Part shown: piece by piece, positions 62,255 through 64,000 of the stretch
Layout: every line of letters starts with the position of its first letter
Position numbering within the stretch: position 1 is the stretch's first letter
Assembly: GCA_002269645.1 (NCBI GenBank)
Contig: NIVC01000591.1
Coordinates: 434,001 to 498,000, forward strand
Length of the DNA: 64,000 nucleotides
Direction: 5' to 3'
Source of the DNA: Macrostomum lignano
Lineage: Eukaryota
The notes under the pieces: model-generated
What the model was told of the DNA's origin: nothing
Seen by the model: only the letters and a program-made list of their open reading frames with translations
Databases searched by the model: none
Made by a program: the position numbers and the translations under genes

Positions 62255-64000
62255 TCTCCATTTCAGCATTCGAGGTGTGCCACGAAGCTCACAGATGTTC
62301 AATTGAAAAGATATTTTTGGTGTAAAGTCTACTCAGATGTTATATTGCAAAAATGCTTTTAGTTTAATTTTAAAAAGATTTTCCTTGCTGTAGTATGCAT
62401 TTGATTTTTTTGTACAGTCACCTCTACGTCGTAAATTCTAAAGAAAATTCACTCCATTTCAGCATTCGAGGTGTGCCACGAAGCTCACAGATGTTCAATT
62501 GAAAAGATATTTTTTGTGTAAAGTCTACTCAGATGTTATATTGCAAAAATGCTTTTAGTTTAATTTTAAAAAGATTTTCCTTGCTGTAGTATGCATTTGA
62601 TTTTTTTGTACAGTCACCATCTACGTCGTAAATTCTAAAGAAAATTCACTCCATTTCAGCATTCGAGGTGTGCCACGAAGCTCACAGATGTTCAATTGAA
62701 AAGATATTTTTGGTGTAAAGTCTACTCAGATGTTATATTGCAAAAATGCTTTTAGTTTAATTTTAAAAAGATTTTCCTTGCTGTAGTATGCATTTGATTT
62801 TTTTGTACAGTCACCATCTACGTCGTAAATTTTAAAGAAAATTCACTCCATTTCAGCATTCGAGGTGTGCCACGAAGCTCACAGATGTTCAATTGAAAAG
62901 ATATTTTTGGTGTAAAGTCTACTCAGATGTTATATTGCAAAAATGCTTTTAGTTTAATTTTAAAAAGATTTTCCTTGCTGTAGTATGCATTTGATTTTTT
63001 TGTACAGTCACCTCTACGTCGTAAATTCTAAAGAAAATTCACTCCATTTCAGCATTCGAGGTGTGCCACGAAGCTCACAGATGTTCAATTGAAAAGATAT
63101 TTTTTGTGTAAAGTCTACTCAGATGTTATATTGCAAAAATGCTTTTAGTTTAATTTTAAAAAGATTTTCCTTGCTGTAGTATGCATTTGATTTTTTTGTA
63201 CAGTCACCTCTACGTCGTAAATTCTAAAGAAAATTCACTCCATTTCAGCATTCGAGGTGTGCCACGAAGCTCACAGATGTTCAATTGAAAAGATATTTTT
63301 TGTGTAAAGTCTACTCAGATGTTATATTGCAAAAATGCTTTTAGTTTAATTTTAAAAAGATTTTCCTTGCTGTAGTATGCATTTGATTTTTTTGTACAGT
63401 CACCATCTACGTCGTAAATTCTAAAGAAAATTCACTCCATTTCAGCATTCGAGGTGTGCCACGAAGCTCACAGATGTTCAATTGAAAAGATATTTTTGGT
63501 GTAAAGTCTACTCAGATGTTATATTGCAAAAATGCTTTTAGTTTAATTTTAAAAAGATTTTCCTTGCTGTAGTATGCATTTGATTTTTTTGTACAGTCAC
63601 CATCTACGTCGTAAATTCTAAAGAAAATTCACTCCATTTCAGCATTCGAGGTGTGCCACGAAGCTCACAGATGTTCAATTGAAAAGATATTTTTGGTGTA
63701 AAGTCTACTCAGATGTTATATTGCAAAAATGCTTTTAGTTTAATTTTAAAAAGATTTTCCTTGCTGTAGTATGCATTTGATTTTTTTGTACAGTCACCAT
63801 CTACGTCGTAAATTTTAAAGAAAATTCACTCCATTTCAGCATTCGAGGTGTGCCACGAAGCTCACAGATGTTCAATTGAAAAGATATTTTTGGTGTAAAG
63901 TCTACTCAGATGTTATATTGCAAAAATGCTTTTAGTTTAATTTTAAAAAGATTTTCCTTGCTGTAGTATGCATTTGATTTTTTTGTACAGTCACCATCTA
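62255..64000. repeat. 196-197-bp AT-rich satellite, ~9 near-identical units, continues off the right edge
   Basis: GAGGTGTGCC recurs at 62272, 62468, 62665, 62862, 63058, 63254, 63451, 63648, 63845. Confidence 0.95.

Overview
Eukaryotic (metazoan) genomic DNA with GT-AG introns and very many intronic minisatellites. The style suggests the flatworm Macrostomum, but this is inference only. Six multi-exon genes can be built by hand from splice sites with consistent phases, all on the minus strand. From left to right: (1) a partial receptor gene B, running off the left edge; (2) its tandem paralogue, receptor gene A, both with an Ig + cytokine-receptor-like (gp130-type) ectodomain; (3) a 3-exon gene in which ~27 ankyrin repeats splice in frame to a Mab-21/cGAS-like nucleotidyltransferase (~1548 aa), the most interesting item; (4) an FKBP4/5-like TPR immunophilin; (5) EBP2 (EBNA1BP2); and (6) a 22-exon PI4KA. 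Mobile DNA comprises a decayed DD34D mariner with TIRs, a solo LTR with a 4-bp TSD, a related LTR followed by a tRNA-Leu primer-binding site in PI4KA intron 1, two degenerate non-LTR RT fragments, a MIR/L2-like fragment and a small MITE-like element. A 196-197 bp satellite runs to the window end. Many long ORFs in the supplied track are translations of minisatellites and are not genes.
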